A DNA stretch of 64,000 nucleotides. It comes from an uncultured Gemmatimonadales bacterium (GTDB taxonomy: Bacteria; Gemmatimonadota; Gemmatimonadetes; Gemmatimonadales; GWC2-71-9). Positions 21,531-31,963 of this stretch are shown here, piece by piece. The notes under the pieces were generated by a model. That model was not told where the DNA came from. It did no database searches and saw only the letters and a program-made list of their open reading frames with translations. Position 1 is the stretch's first letter. The number at the start of each line of letters is the position of its first letter. A program made the position numbers and the translations under genes. The DNA is taken from the NCBI GenBank assembly GCA_963771275.1, contig CAVYSW010000006.1:64001-128000 (forward strand), written 5' to 3'.

Positions 21531-22500
21531 CGCCCACCTGCTCCTTCTCGCGCAGGGCAGCGAGGTACTTCTCGACGCCGATCGCCGCCGTCGTCGCGTC
21601 GCCCACGGCCGTGGTGATCTGTCGCGTGAGCTGGGCGCGCACGTCCCCCGCCGCGAACAGCCCGGGGATCGATGTCATCATGTGACTGTCGGTGATGATG
21701 TAGCCCTGGGGATCGTGCGTGTAGTGCCCCTTGATGATTCCCGTGTTCGGCGTAAAGCCGATGAAGATGAAGCAGCCCGTCACGGCGAGCGTCGAACGGG
21801 CACCGGTCACCGTGTCGCGCAGCCGGAGGCCCGTCGCGCCGCGCGCGCCGCCGGTGATCTCCTCGACGACCCGGTTCCACACCATGGCGATCTTCGGGTT
21901 GGTGAACGCGCGCTGCTGAATAATGGGTGACGCGCGGAGCTGGTTCCGCCGATGCACGATGTAGACGCGCTCGGCGTAGCGGGTCAGGTACTCCGCCTCC
22001 TCGACCGCGGCGTCCCCACCACCGACCACGGCGATGGTCTCGCCCTTGAAAAACGCCCCGTCGCACACGGCGCAGTAGGACACGCCTTTGCCGGCGTACT
22101 CCTTCTCGCCCGGCACGTTCAACTTCACGGGCGTCCCGCCCGCCGTGACGATGACCGCCGGCGCGCGGTAGCGCATCCCGAGCCCGGTGGTCACGGCGAA
22201 GTCCCCGGCGGGAGTCTTCTCCACGGCCTCGACGGTATCCGTGACGATCTGCGCGCCGAACTTCAGGGCGTGACTGGTCATCTTCTCCGCGAGGTCGCGT
22301 CCCAGGACGCTCTCGAAGCCGATGTAGTCCTCGATCAGCTCGGTGTTGAGCAGCTCGCCGCCGGGCAGACCGCGCTCGATGACCAGCCCGCGCAGCATGC
22401 CGCGCCCGGCATACATCGCGGCGCACAGTCCCGCCGGCCCCGCACCGATGATGATGACGTCATAGGTCGCGTCGTTCGCCTGCTGGTCCATTGCTTCCAT
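21517..22500 (-). CDS. trxB: Thioredoxin-disulfide reductase
   Basis: IIGAGPAG, GVSYCAVCDG, VVGGGDAA, GLFAAGDV, QITTAVGD. Confidence 0.94.
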   Translation of the reverse strand: MEAMDQQANDATYDVIIIGAGPAGLCAAMYAGRGMLRGLVIERGLPGGELLNTELIEDYIGFESVLGRDLAEKMTSHALKFGAQIVTDTVEAVEKTPAGDFAVTTGLGMRYRAPAVIVTAGGTPVKLNVPGEKEYAGKGVSYCAVCDGAFFKGETIAVVGGGDAAVEEAEYLTRYAERVYIVHRRNQLRASPIIQQRAFTNPKIAMVWNRVVEEITGGARGATGLRLRDTVTGARSTLAVTGCFIFIGFTPNTGIIKGHYTHDPQGYIITDSHMMTSIPGLFAAGDVRAQLTRQITTAVGDATTAAIGVEKYLAALREKEQVGVGAP

Positions 22501-22585
22501 CCTGTGGCCCCGTCGCGGCGTCTCCGCGCCGCGCCCGTTTCACGGGTGATAACCCGACGCACCTGCCCCCGGTTCCCGACTCCCC

Positions 22586-23035
22586 TCAGCCCTCCAGGGC
22601 ACTGAGGATGTGTTCCGTCGACGGCGCACCGCGCTCGGCGAAGCGGACCACGCCGTCCCGGCCCACCAGCACCACGCTGCGCACCACGCCCTTGCCATCC
22701 CCCTTGAGGGCGCCGAACGCGTGGGTCGCGCTGCGCTCCGGATCGGACAGGAGCGGGAAATTGAAGCGGAACTTCTGGGCGTACCGAACATGGCTCGGGA
22801 TCGGCGCCGGGTTCACGCCGAACGGCTGGACGCCGGCCTGCCGAAACTGCTCGATCTCATCGCGCACGGCGGAGAGTTGGCGGTTTCAGCCAGGGGTGTT
22901 GTTGCCGGGGTAGAACACCAGCACCACATGGTGGGCCTGCAACTCATCGTGCAGCCGATGGGTCTGGCCGTCCGATGCCGCGAGCGCGAAGTCCGGCGCC
23001 GGGGTGCCTACGGCAATCAACTGCTCACCGCTCAT
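22586..23035 (-). CDS. AhpC/TSA (BCP-like) peroxiredoxin, probable selenoprotein (UGA at 22886-22888)
   Basis: APDFAL..VVLVFYPGNNTPG-[TGA]-NRQL continues in frame to FPLLSD and RSVVLVG. The stop sits at the peroxidatic Cys of the PxxxTxxC motif. Confidence 0.85.
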
Positions 23036-23885
23036 CGCTCCCTCCCTCCACTCGTCGTTCCCGGTGAAGCTGCTCGAGCGCCTCAACCCAGGCCTCGGGG
23101 ACCGTGATCGTGCCGAGGGCGGCGCGCCCCTCCGCCGCGACCTCCGCCTCGCCGTGCCAGTCCGTCCCGCCGGTGCGCAGCAGCCCGAGATCGTCCGCCA
23201 GGGCGCCGATTCGCTCCTGCAGGGCCGGCGGGTGGGACGGATGACGCACTTCCACGGCGTCGACGCCGTCCCGCTGCAACCGTCGCATCGTCGCCCGGGT
23301 GGCGTGCTCCTTCAAGTGGGCGGCAGAGGTGACGCCGCCCAGAGCGCGCACGAGCCCCGTCACCGCGGACAGCGCCGGCAGCACCTTGGGCACGTAGGCC
23401 GGGCGCCCCTTGCGCAGGAACCGATCAAACGCCTCCCCCACATCTGCCACCACACCCCGCGCCACGAGCGTCCGGGCCGCGTGCGGCCGCCCCAGCGCCC
23501 CACCCGCGGCGGCCGCGCCGACCTCTTCCAGCGTGACCGTGACGCCGGCGCCGCGCAGCCGGCGCACGATCTCGCGCATCCGCGCGGTACGCTGCCCGCG
23601 TTGCGCCTCGAGAAACGCCGTCAGGTCCGGCCGGTCCGCCGGAAGGAAGTAGGCCAGCAAATGCAACTCGCCCCACGGCGCCGCCACGCTGAACTCGCAT
23701 CCGGCGACGATCCGCACGCCCAGATCGGCACCCGCGGCGCGCGCCTCCGCCACACCCCCGACCGTGTCGTGATCCGTGAGCGCAACCAGCTGCAGCCCCG
23801 CCACCGCGGCGAGCCGCACGACGTCCGCCGGCTGGTGCGTTCCGTCCGACGCCGCCGAGTGGACATGAAGGTCAGCCGCGAACAC
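23025..23885 (-). CDS. PHP-domain phosphoesterase
   Basis: DLHVHSAASDG, ALTDHDT, LHLLAY, GRPH, TGGTDWHG. Confidence 0.9.
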   Translation of the reverse strand: MFAADLHVHSAASDGTHQPADVVRLAAVAGLQLVALTDHDTVGGVAEARAAGADLGVRIVAGCEFSVAAPWGELHLLAYFLPADRPDLTAFLEAQRGQRTARMREIVRRLRGAGVTVTLEEVGAAAAGGALGRPHAARTLVARGVVADVGEAFDRFLRKGRPAYVPKVLPALSAVTGLVRALGGVTSAAHLKEHATRATMRRLQRDGVDAVEVRHPSHPPALQERIGALADDLGLLRTGGTDWHGEAEVAAEGRAALGTITVPEAWVEALEQLHRERRVEGGSDER

Positions 23886-24165
23886 GCTGCGCCGGCGTTT
23901 GCCCCGTAACCCGACTCTCCGGGCTGGTCCATTCCGGCTGCGCATGCCGCAGCAGCTCGATCAGCTGCGCGTCCGACAATGCCCCGAGCGACGCCTCGCG
24001 GTATCGTGACCCGGTCGGCGAATACCGCACGTAGCGGCGGATCCGGTCGGGGCCGGTGCCCCGCTGGAACACGAGCCCGAACTCGTCGCGGTCGTACACG
24101 GTAGTGCGCCCCGACGGCAGGACCTCCCACCGCTCGCCCCCGACCTCGATCCAGCGGCCCGCCAC
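23872..24165 (-). CDS. Hypothetical protein
   Basis: GTG just after the E2 stop; GRWIEVGGERWEVLPSGRTTVYDRDEFGLVF; fits the operon. Confidence 0.65.
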   Translation of the reverse strand: MAGRWIEVGGERWEVLPSGRTTVYDRDEFGLVFQRGTGPDRIRRYVRYSPTGSRYREASLGALSDAQLIELLRHAQPEWTSPESRVTGQTPAQRVRG

Positions 24166-24167
24166 GG

Positions 24168-25520
24168 TCAGACCCCGCCCTCGGGGAACTCCTCGAGGTC
24201 CCGCTTCACGTCCGCCATGAACCGGTCCGCATCCGCGCCGTCGACCACCCGGTGGTCGTACGACAACGTCAGCAGTCCGATCGTGCGAATCGCGATCACA
24301 TCCTGGCCATCTTCGAGGGTCAGCACCTTGGGGCGCTTCTCGATCGCGCCCACGCCGAGGATGGCGACCTGGGGCTGGTTGATGATGGGCACGCCGGCCA
24401 ACGACCCGAACACCCCGGGGTTGGTGATCGAGAACGTGCCCTTCTGCACCTCGTCCGGGCTCAGCCGCTTGGTCCGGGCCCGCTCCGCGAGGTCCGCCAT
24501 CTGGCGCGCGATCCCGGCGAGCGACAGGTCGTCGGCGTTCCGGATCACGGGAACGATGAGTCCCCACTCGAGCGCGACCGCGATGCCGATGTTGATCGGC
24601 TTGCGGTAGATGATCGTGTCGCCGCTCACCGAGGCGTTGAGCACCGGATGGCTGCGGAGATTCCCGGCGATCACCTTGGTGATGAAAGTGAGGTACGTCA
24701 GCCCTGCCCCGCGCGCCTGATACTCGGCCTTCTTCGCCTGCCGCAGCCGGGCGATCCGCGTGTAGTCCACCTCGTAGAAGCTGGTCACGTGCGCCGACGT
24801 CCGCCGCGACATGATCATGTGGTCGGCGGTGAGCTTGCGGATCCGGCTCATCGGCTCCACACGATCGCCCAGCCAGGCCTCGACGGCGGGGTGGCTGACC
24901 TCCCCGCCCCGCCCGGCCGCGGCAGAAGCGGCAGAAGCGCCAGGAGCGGCAGGGGCGGCAGGGGCGGTGGTAGATGTCGGCTTCGCCGCCTTGCCCGACT
25001 CGATGAATGAGAGCAGGTCCTGTTTCGTCACCCGGCCCGCGTGCCCCGTGCCCGGAACCTGCGCGATGTCCACGCTGTGCTCGGCGGCGATGCGCCGCAC
25101 GAGGGGCGTCGAGCGCGTCTGCAGACGCTCCTCCGAGGTTCCTGCGGGGGCGGCGGGGGCGGCAGGAGCGGCGGGGGCGGCAGCAGCGGCAGGAGCGGCA
25201 GCGGCGGCGGGGGCGGCAGCAGTGGCAGGAGCGGCAGGAGCGGCAGGAGCGGCCGGGGTCGTTGGGGCGGCGGCGCCCTTTTCCGTCTCGATCACGGCAA
25301 TCACCGTCTGGACTTCGACCGTCGCACCCTCGGCCACCTTGATCTCCGCCAAGACCCCGGCTGCCGGCGCGGGGATCTCCGCGTCGACTTTGTCGGTGGA
25401 GATCTCGAGGATCGGCTCGTCGCGCCGCACCTCATCCCCGACCCGCTTGAGCCAGCGTGACACCGTGCCTTCGGCAATCGACTCGCCCATCTGGGGCATG
25501 ATCACGTCAACTCGGGCCAT
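24168..25520 (-). CDS. 2-oxoacid dehydrogenase E2 (dihydrolipoamide acyltransferase)
   Basis: Lipoyl domain STDKVDAEIP; Ala/Pro linker; E3-binding GTGHAGRVTK; catalytic DHRVVDG. Confidence 0.93.
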   Translation of the reverse strand: MARVDVIMPQMGESIAEGTVSRWLKRVGDEVRRDEPILEISTDKVDAEIPAPAAGVLAEIKVAEGATVEVQTVIAVIETEKGAAAPTTPAAPAAPAAPATAAAPAAAAAPAAAAAPAAPAAPAAPAGTSEERLQTRSTPLVRRIAAEHSVDIAQVPGTGHAGRVTKQDLLSFIESGKAAKPTSTTAPAAPAAPGASAASAAAGRGGEVSHPAVEAWLGDRVEPMSRIRKLTADHMIMSRRTSAHVTSFYEVDYTRIARLRQAKKAEYQARGAGLTYLTFITKVIAGNLRSHPVLNASVSGDTIIYRKPINIGIAVALEWGLIVPVIRNADDLSLAGIARQMADLAERARTKRLSPDEVQKGTFSITNPGVFGSLAGVPIINQPQVAILGVGAIEKRPKVLTLEDGQDVIAIRTIGLLTLSYDHRVVDGADADRFMADVKRDLEEFPEGGV

Positions 25521-25580
25521 GCACTCCCCTCCGTGAACCCGCATCTCCCCGCGGCGGCGTCGGAATCATGGGGTCCCGCG

Positions 25581-26045
25581 ATGATTCGCATCGACTTCCA
25601 CGCGCCGCCGGTGACATCCTTGGCCATGCGGTTCAAGCAACCCGGCACCAAGTGGTGCCACGTGACCCTGTCGACCTATCGCCGTCGCAAGTTGTTCAAG
25701 ATAGCGGCGACCGCCCGGTTCTGCGAGCGACTGCTGCGTCACACGTGCGAGGCGTACGGCTGGCGGGTGGACGCCGTCGTGGTGCGGGCGGACATCGTGC
25801 AGGTGCTGCTCGAGGTGCCGCGCGCGACCTCGCGGGACGCGGTCGTGCGCCGGCTCCGCGCCGCGGCCGGTCGCGCGGTGCGTGACGGGATGGTCTGCGC
25901 CCAGGGCCGGCGGGTGTTCGAAACCGGGAACTGGTTCGCCGTGATCACCAGCCCCACCGGGTTGGCCACGCTGCGCGGGCGGTTGTTGCGCGCGGCGTCG
26001 GAAGAGCGCGGGCTGGAGTTCCAGCCGGGCTTCGTCATTCAGTAG
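25581..26045 (+). CDS. IS200/IS605 TnpA (Y1 HUH)-like protein lacking catalytic residues; start may be 25581 or 25626
   Basis: HVTLSTYRRRKLF..LRHTCEAYGWRVDAVVVRADIVQVLL..RRVFETGNW follows the Y1_Tnp layout, but the HUH reads DIVQ and the catalytic Tyr is absent. Confidence 0.6.
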   Translation: MIRIDFHAPPVTSLAMRFKQPGTKWCHVTLSTYRRRKLFKIAATARFCERLLRHTCEAYGWRVDAVVVRADIVQVLLEVPRATSRDAVVRRLRAAAGRAVRDGMVCAQGRRVFETGNWFAVITSPTGLATLRGRLLRAASEERGLEFQPGFVIQ

Positions 26046-27019
26046 GCAAGGAGCGCCCGCGCGGCGTCCACCACGTCCGGCACCTGCGGCAGCACGTGGT
26101 CTTCCAGGGCCGGTGCGTACGGCAGCGGCGTGTCCCGCGCCGTGACCCGCCGGACCGGGGCGTCGAGCCATTCGAACGCGGACTCATTGATCCGCGCCGT
26201 GATCTCCCCCGCCACACCGCCGGTTCTCGTGTCTTCGTGCACGATCAGCACGCGATTGGTCTTCTGGACGGTCGCCCGGATCGCCGCGTCGTCCATCGGG
26301 AGCAGGGTACGGAGATCCAGCACTTCGACGGATGCGCCGTCCTCCTGCTCGATCCGCTGCGCCGCCTCGAGGGACTTCCAAACCATGGCCGACCACGTGA
26401 TGATCGAGAGGTCCGTCCCGGCACGCGCGACGCGGGCGGTGCCGATGGGCGTGAGGATCTCCTCCCCCTCGGGCAGGTCTTCCTTCACGCGGCGGTAGAG
26501 GTACTTGTGCTCGAAGTAGATCACCGGATCGTCGTCGCGGATGGCGGCCTTGATGAGGCCTTTGGCGTCGCGCGCGGTGGCGGGGCAGACCAGCTTGAGC
26601 CCGGGCGTGTGGAGAAAGGCGGCCTCGGGCATCTGCGAGTGAAACGGGCCGCCGCGCACGAAGCCACCGGAGGGTCCGCGTACGACGAGCGGCGTGGCGA
26701 GCCCCGCGCGGTACCGCGCCGTCGCCACATAGTTCGTGAGCATGTCGTAGGCGCACGCGATGAAGTCGATGAACTGCATCTCGACCACGGGGCGGAGCCC
26801 CATGTGCGCCGCGCCGGCGGCTGCCCCCACGATCGCCGCCTCGCTGATCGGCGTGTCGATCACGCGTGCCGGCCCGAAGCGGCCGAGGAACCCGTCGGTG
26901 ACCTTGAACGCGCCGCCGTACGCGCCGATGTCCTCGCCAAGGAGGAACACGCGCTCGTCGCGCTCGAGCTCCTCCCGCAAGCCCTGCCGGAGTGCTTCGA
27001 GGTAGGTGATCTCGGCCAT
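26039..27019 (-). CDS. 2-oxoacid dehydrogenase E1 beta subunit
   Basis: GEDIGAYGGAFKVT, DTPISE, EMQFIDF, FHSQ, FEHKYLY, DLRTLLPMD. Confidence 0.94.
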   Translation of the reverse strand: MAEITYLEALRQGLREELERDERVFLLGEDIGAYGGAFKVTDGFLGRFGPARVIDTPISEAAIVGAAAGAAHMGLRPVVEMQFIDFIACAYDMLTNYVATARYRAGLATPLVVRGPSGGFVRGGPFHSQMPEAAFLHTPGLKLVCPATARDAKGLIKAAIRDDDPVIYFEHKYLYRRVKEDLPEGEEILTPIGTARVARAGTDLSIITWSAMVWKSLEAAQRIEQEDGASVEVLDLRTLLPMDDAAIRATVQKTNRVLIVHEDTRTGGVAGEITARINESAFEWLDAPVRRVTARDTPLPYAPALEDHVLPQVPDVVDAARALLAY

Positions 27020-27078
27020 CGTGACTGGGCGGCTAGGCCCGGGGGCGGCGCCGGATCCGTGACCGCATGGCCGGCGGG

Positions 27079-27294
27079 CTATCCAGCGACCGATGCGTGG
27101 TACCCCACCCGTTCGACCGCCGCGACATACGCCGCGGGCCCGGCCTTCGCCGGGTCGTAGTCGACCTCGGCCTCGCCTTCCTGCTGGAAGACCGCCGCGC
27201 CGTAGGTCCCCGCCACCCCCTGGAGCGCCTTCTCGACCTTCATCTTGCAGTGGCCGCAGGTCATGCCGGTCACCGTGAGCTTCACCGAAGCCAT
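27079..27294 (-). CDS. CopZ-like heavy-metal chaperone
   Basis: GMTCGHC HMA motif. Confidence 0.88.
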   Translation of the reverse strand: MASVKLTVTGMTCGHCKMKVEKALQGVAGTYGAAVFQQEGEAEVDYDPAKAGPAAYVAAVERVGYHASVAG

Positions 27295-27368
27295 GCCGAC
27301 CATCCTTCTCGGGTTTACAGCCGAAACTTCCCCGCCTTCGGCCCGGAATTCAAGGGTAGCGGGCCCCT

Positions 27369-27659
27369 TCAGTATGCGCCGCGCAGCGCGTGGCGGGGAT
27401 CCGCCTGCGCATGCACGGTCCCCAGGAACCGCTTGGCGAGCTTGTCCACTTCGCTCTCGCCGGGCTGGTCCGTGGCGATCGTCACATGCGTGTAATGTCC
27501 GCCCTCCGGGCGCGCATCGACGCTCACCGTGCCGCCGGGGAGGGCGAACACCCGACGGCGCCCTTCGGACGCGGTCGGTCGCATCCGCCCGCCGAAGAAC
27601 GTCTCGGCCGTGGCCAGCACGTCATCGACGGGGAGCGAAGTCCGATGAAAGTAGCGCAT
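27369..27659 (-). CDS. Hypothetical protein (96 aa) in the copper operon
   Basis: MRYFHRTS..EGGHYTHV..SEVDKLAKRFL..; sits between copA and copZ. Confidence 0.65.
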   Translation of the reverse strand: MRYFHRTSLPVDDVLATAETFFGGRMRPTASEGRRRVFALPGGTVSVDARPEGGHYTHVTIATDQPGESEVDKLAKRFLGTVHAQADPRHALRGAY

Positions 27660-27664
27660 GGGTC

Positions 27665-30217
27665 TCACGTCACGGGGTCGAGGGATGGGGCGAAGCGCTT
27701 CAACCGCAGGCTGTTGCCGACGACGCTCAGGCTGGACGCCGCCATCGCCGCGCTCGCCACGATCGGGCTCAACAGCAGCCCGGTGAACGGGTACAGGATG
27801 CCCGCCGCGAGCGGGATCCCCAGCAGGTTGTAGACGAACGCGAAGAACAGGTTGCCGCGGATCGTGCGCATCGTCCGGCGGGACAGCTCGACCGCCGTCA
27901 CGAGGCCGGCCAGGTCGTCGCGGATCAGGGTGACGTCGGACGCTTCGATGGCCACGTCCGTTCCCGTCCCGATCGCGATGCCCACGTCCGCCTCCGCGAG
28001 CGCCGGCGCGTCGTTGATGCCGTCGCCGACCATGGCGACGACGCGCCCGGCGCGGCGCAGCTCGCGGATCTTCTCGGCCTTGTCGGCGGGCGCGACCTCG
28101 GCGATCACCTGGGTGATCCCCACGTCGTTGGCGACCAGCGCGGCGGCGTTCTTGGCATCCCCGCTGAGGAGGTAGAGATCCATCCCCATGGCCCGCAGGC
28201 GCGCGATGGCCGGCTTGGCGCTTGGCTTGAGCTGGTCCGCGACCACGATCAGCCCCATCGCCGTGTCGTTCACCACGACCACGATGGACGAGCGCCCCGC
28301 CAGCGTGTGGCGGTCGGCGTCCTCGCTCAATGCGCCCAGATCGATGCTCCGCTCGCGCGCGTGGCGCACGCTGACGACCTCGACGAGCAGCTTCCCCACG
28401 ACGCCGCGCGCACCCCGCCCCTCCATCGCGACGAACCGCTCGACGGACGGGACCGCGATGCCCTTCTCCCTGGCGGCGTCGATCACGGCCCGGCCAAGCG
28501 GATGTTCCGAGCGCGCCTCCACGGCGGCGGCGAGGCGGAGGAGCTCGTGGGCCCCCACGGTGGCGCCGTCGGCGCGGTGGGCGCCGAGCACATGGGTGAC
28601 CGTCGGGCTGCCGCGGGTGATCGTCCCCGTCTTGTCGAACACGATCGTATCGACCCGCTGCAACGCCTCCAGTGCCTGCCCGCCCCGGATGAGGACGCCG
28701 TGGCGGGCCCCCTGCCCGGTCCCCACCATGATGGCGGTCGGGGTTGCGAGCCCGAGCGCGCACGGGCACGCGATCACGAGCACGGTCACCATGGCGACCA
28801 TCGCGAACACGAACTGCGGCGCCGGTCCCCAGACGAACCACACGACGAACGCGGCGATCGCCACGGCGATCACCACCGGCACGAACACGCCGGCGACCCG
28901 ATCGGCGAGCGCCTGGACGGGGGCCTTGTCGCCCTGCGCGTCTTCCACCAGCCGGACGATCTGCGCCAGCACCGTGTCCTTCCCGATCGCCTGCGCCTCG
29001 AACGTGAACGAGCCCAGCCCGTTCATCGTGCCGCCGACGACCTTGCTGCCCGGCGCCTTGTCCACCGGCATGGGCTCGCCGGTGAGCATCGCCTCGTTGA
29101 CCGTGGACCGGCCGTCACGCACCACGCCGTCCACGGGAATCGTCTCCCCGGGGCGGACGAGCACCCGATCGCCCAGCTCCACCGCCTCGATCGCAATCTC
29201 GAGGTCCGCACCGTCGCGCTGCACCCGGGCCGTCTTGGGGCGGAGCGCCAGCAGCGCCCGGATCGCCTCGGAGGTCCGGCTCTTGGCGCGGGCCTCGAGC
29301 AGGCGCCCGAGCAGGATGAACGCGACGATGAAGCTGACGGCTTCGTAGTAGACGTCGGCGGGCAGGCCGGCGGTCGTGAACATGCGGGGCAGCACGGTCG
29401 CCGCCACCGAGTAGAGAAACGCCGCCCCGGTTCCGACGGCGATCAGGGTGTTCATGTCCGCCGTCCGGTGCCGGAAGCCGCTGAGGGCGCTCCGGTAGAA
29501 CTGTCGCGCGCTCCACAGCAGCACGGGCAGGGTGATCACGAGCATGGCGAACTTGAGCAGCTGCGGGGAGCGATCGGCCAGCGCGTAGACCTGCGGCACG
29601 AGGGCGCGCGCCACGCCGTCCAGCGGGTGCAGCAGGCGGAAGAACAGGTCGTGCGCCGCGGAGCCGGTCATCATGAGCGGCATCGAGGCCAGCATCGTTC
29701 CGGCGGCCGCCACCGCCGCCACGAGGAACTTCCCCAGCAGCGTGCGCTGCTCCCGGCTGCGCGCCAGGCGCTCGCGCTCCACGGGATCCTGTTCGGCGAT
29801 CGGGGCCGCCACGGTGAACCCGGCGCGTCCGACGGCGTCCTCGATGTCGCGTCCCGTCACGAGCCCGGGGACGTACTCCACACGCACCGCCTCCAGCGCC
29901 TGATTGGCCGACGCCGAGAGCACGCCGCGCAGCGACAGGATCTCGCGCTCGAGCCGCGTCGTGCCGGTGGCGTAGTGCAGCCCCTCGATGGCGAACTCGA
30001 CCGCGGCCTTGCCGCAGTCGTAGCCGACTTCGCGCACGGCGTGGATCAGGTCCGCCACCGCGATGCCGTCGTGCTCCAGCGTGACGGTGGCCCGTCCGGT
30101 GGCGTAATTGACGTTCGCCTCCACCACGCCCGGCTCGCGGGCGAGCCGGTCCTGCACGGTGACGGCGCACGCTCCGCAGGTCATCCCCTCGATCGGCAGA
30201 ACGATGCGACTAGGCAT
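27665..30217 (-). CDS. copA: Cu(I)-translocating P1B ATPase
   Basis: [35 protein letters not shown] and MAASS motifs. Confidence 0.93.
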   Translation of the reverse strand: MPSRIVLPIEGMTCGACAVTVQDRLAREPGVVEANVNYATGRATVTLEHDGIAVADLIHAVREVGYDCGKAAVEFAIEGLHYATGTTRLEREILSLRGVLSASANQALEAVRVEYVPGLVTGRDIEDAVGRAGFTVAAPIAEQDPVERERLARSREQRTLLGKFLVAAVAAAGTMLASMPLMMTGSAAHDLFFRLLHPLDGVARALVPQVYALADRSPQLLKFAMLVITLPVLLWSARQFYRSALSGFRHRTADMNTLIAVGTGAAFLYSVAATVLPRMFTTAGLPADVYYEAVSFIVAFILLGRLLEARAKSRTSEAIRALLALRPKTARVQRDGADLEIAIEAVELGDRVLVRPGETIPVDGVVRDGRSTVNEAMLTGEPMPVDKAPGSKVVGGTMNGLGSFTFEAQAIGKDTVLAQIVRLVEDAQGDKAPVQALADRVAGVFVPVVIAVAIAAFVVWFVWGPAPQFVFAMVAMVTVLVIACPCALGLATPTAIMVGTGQGARHGVLIRGGQALEALQRVDTIVFDKTGTITRGSPTVTHVLGAHRADGATVGAHELLRLAAAVEARSEHPLGRAVIDAAREKGIAVPSVERFVAMEGRGARGVVGKLLVEVVSVRHARERSIDLGALSEDADRHTLAGRSSIVVVVNDTAMGLIVVADQLKPSAKPAIARLRAMGMDLYLLSGDAKNAAALVANDVGITQVIAEVAPADKAEKIRELRRAGRVVAMVGDGINDAPALAEADVGIAIGTGTDVAIEASDVTLIRDDLAGLVTAVELSRRTMRTIRGNLFFAFVYNLLGIPLAAGILYPFTGLLLSPIVASAAMAASSLSVVGNSLRLKRFAPSLDPVT

Positions 30218-30635
30218 GCTTGCTGTGCGCGCGGCCCAGGTTCACCCGCGCGGCGTCCCGCCCCACCTGCGCCACCACGCGACCGCGGATCATGCTGACC
30301 CCGCAGCGGAACGGGTAGTCGCCGGGCTGCGTCGGGATGAACTCGACGACGGTCGGCTCGAAGGCGGGAAGCGAACGGCGGATGTCGAGGGTCTCGAAGA
30401 TCAGCTCGGCGGAGCACTCCGCGGTCTCATCACGGTAGAACGTGAGGCGCACCGGCCGGCCCACCTCCACCGGGATCACGTCGGGCTCGAACCCCTGCTT
30501 GACCAACACGTGAACGTCCTGCACTCCCGCCGGCGCCGGCCGCGGCGCGACCGGGGCCGGGACGAGGAAGTACCACAGCTCCCACGCGATCGCCGCGGCC
30601 CCGAGGCCCAGGACGATGAAGTCGGCGGCGCTCAC
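30210..30635 (-). CDS. Cupredoxin-domain membrane-anchored protein (CupA-like)
   Basis: N-terminal TM segment; [32 protein letters not shown]. Confidence 0.85.
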   Translation of the reverse strand: MSAADFIVLGLGAAAIAWELWYFLVPAPVAPRPAPAGVQDVHVLVKQGFEPDVIPVEVGRPVRLTFYRDETAECSAELIFETLDIRRSLPAFEPTVVEFIPTQPGDYPFRCGVSMIRGRVVAQVGRDAARVNLGRAHSKHA

Positions 30636-31963
30636 GCCTTGTCGTAGTCGTAGTACTCGACGCCCAAGTGGGTGATCTGCTCCTCGCCCATGAGCCAACG
30701 CAGCGTGTTCTTGAGCTTCGTCTGCTGGATGAACAGGTCGTGCTCGGGCGTCAGGCCCCGCGCCGCCATCGGGCTCTTGAAGTAGAACGAGAGCCACTCC
30801 TGGATGCCGCTGAGCCTGGCCCGCTGCGCGAGATCCATGAACAGCGTGAGATCGTGCACCAGCGGCGCGGCGAGAATCGAGTCGCGACAGAGGAAATCGA
30901 TCTTGATCTGCATCGGGTAGCCGAGCCACCCGAAGATGTCGATGTTGTCCCAGCCCTCCTTGTTGTCGCCGCGCGGCGGATAGTAGTTGATCCGGACCTT
31001 GTGGTAGATCTTGCCGTACAGCTCCGGGTACACCGCCGGCTGGAGGATATGCTCCAGCACCCCCAGCTTCGATTCCTCCTTGGTCTTGAACGACTCGGGG
31101 TCGTCGAGCACTTCGCCGTCGCGATTGCCCAGGATGTTGGTGGAGTACCACCCCGCGAGCCCGAGCGCGCGCGCCTTCAGCATCGGCGCGATCACGGTCT
31201 TCATCAGCGTCTGGCCGGTCTTGAAGTCCTTGCCGCAGATCGGCAGGCCCCGCTGGGCCGCGAGCTCCTGGAGCGCCGGCGTATCCACCGTGAGGTTCGG
31301 CGCGCCGTTGGCGAACGGCACCCCTTCCATGAGGGCCGCCCACGCGTAGAGCATCGACGGGGCGACGGCGGGGTCGTTGCCCGCCATGCCCTTCTCGAAC
31401 GCCGCCAGGCTCTGGTGCACCGGCCCCGGCGTGATGAACACTTCCGTCGACGCGCACCAGAGCATGACGAGTCGCCGGCAGCCGTTGCGCTGCTTGAACG
31501 CGCGGATGTCCTCGCGCAGCTGCTCGGCGAGGTCGCGCTTGGTCTTCCCCTGCTTCACGTTGGTGCCGGAGAGCCGCTTGACGTACTGCTGGTCGAACAC
31601 CGCCGGCATCGGCGCGATGCCCTTGAGGAAGTCCGCGATCGGCTCGACATGCGGGGGCTCCAGCACCCCCGCCACCTGGCAGGAGCGGTAGGCATCGTCG
31701 GGAATCGGGTCCCACGCCCCGAACACGAGGTCCTCGAGCCGAGCGAGTGGCACGAAGTCCCGCACCCTGGGGGCACGATTCTCGGTTCGCTTGCCCAGCC
31801 GGATCGTCCCGCGCTCGCACAGCGTGCCGATCGGCGTGGCGCTGCGCCGCCGCAGATGCTCCACGCCGGCGATATACGTCGTGGCAACCGCGCCCAGCCC
31901 GACCAACAGTACTCCGAGCTTGCCCTCGGCCGGCTCGATGGTGCGGCGTTCCTTAGGGTTCAC
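30632..31963 (-). CDS. ino1: myo-inositol-1-phosphate synthase
   Basis: GLGAVAT, WCASTE, GKDFKTGQT, NILGNRDG, GDNKEGWD, DSILAAP. Confidence 0.92.
   Translation of the reverse strand: MNPKERRTIEPAEGKLGVLLVGLGAVATTYIAGVEHLRRRSATPIGTLCERGTIRLGKRTENRAPRVRDFVPLARLEDLVFGAWDPIPDDAYRSCQVAGVLEPPHVEPIADFLKGIAPMPAVFDQQYVKRLSGTNVKQGKTKRDLAEQLREDIRAFKQRNGCRRLVMLWCASTEVFITPGPVHQSLAAFEKGMAGNDPAVAPSMLYAWAALMEGVPFANGAPNLTVDTPALQELAAQRGLPICGKDFKTGQTLMKTVIAPMLKARALGLAGWYSTNILGNRDGEVLDDPESFKTKEESKLGVLEHILQPAVYPELYGKIYHKVRINYYPPRGDNKEGWDNIDIFGWLGYPMQIKIDFLCRDSILAAPLVHDLTLFMDLAQRARLSGIQEWLSFYFKSPMAARGLTPEHDLFIQQTKLKNTLRWLMGEEQITHLGVEYYDYDKA

Noticed and set aside
24900..25275. 9-bp tandem repeats (GCGGCAGGA-like)
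   Set aside because: They encode the ordinary Ala/Pro linker of the E2 subunit; not a CRISPR or VNTR element.
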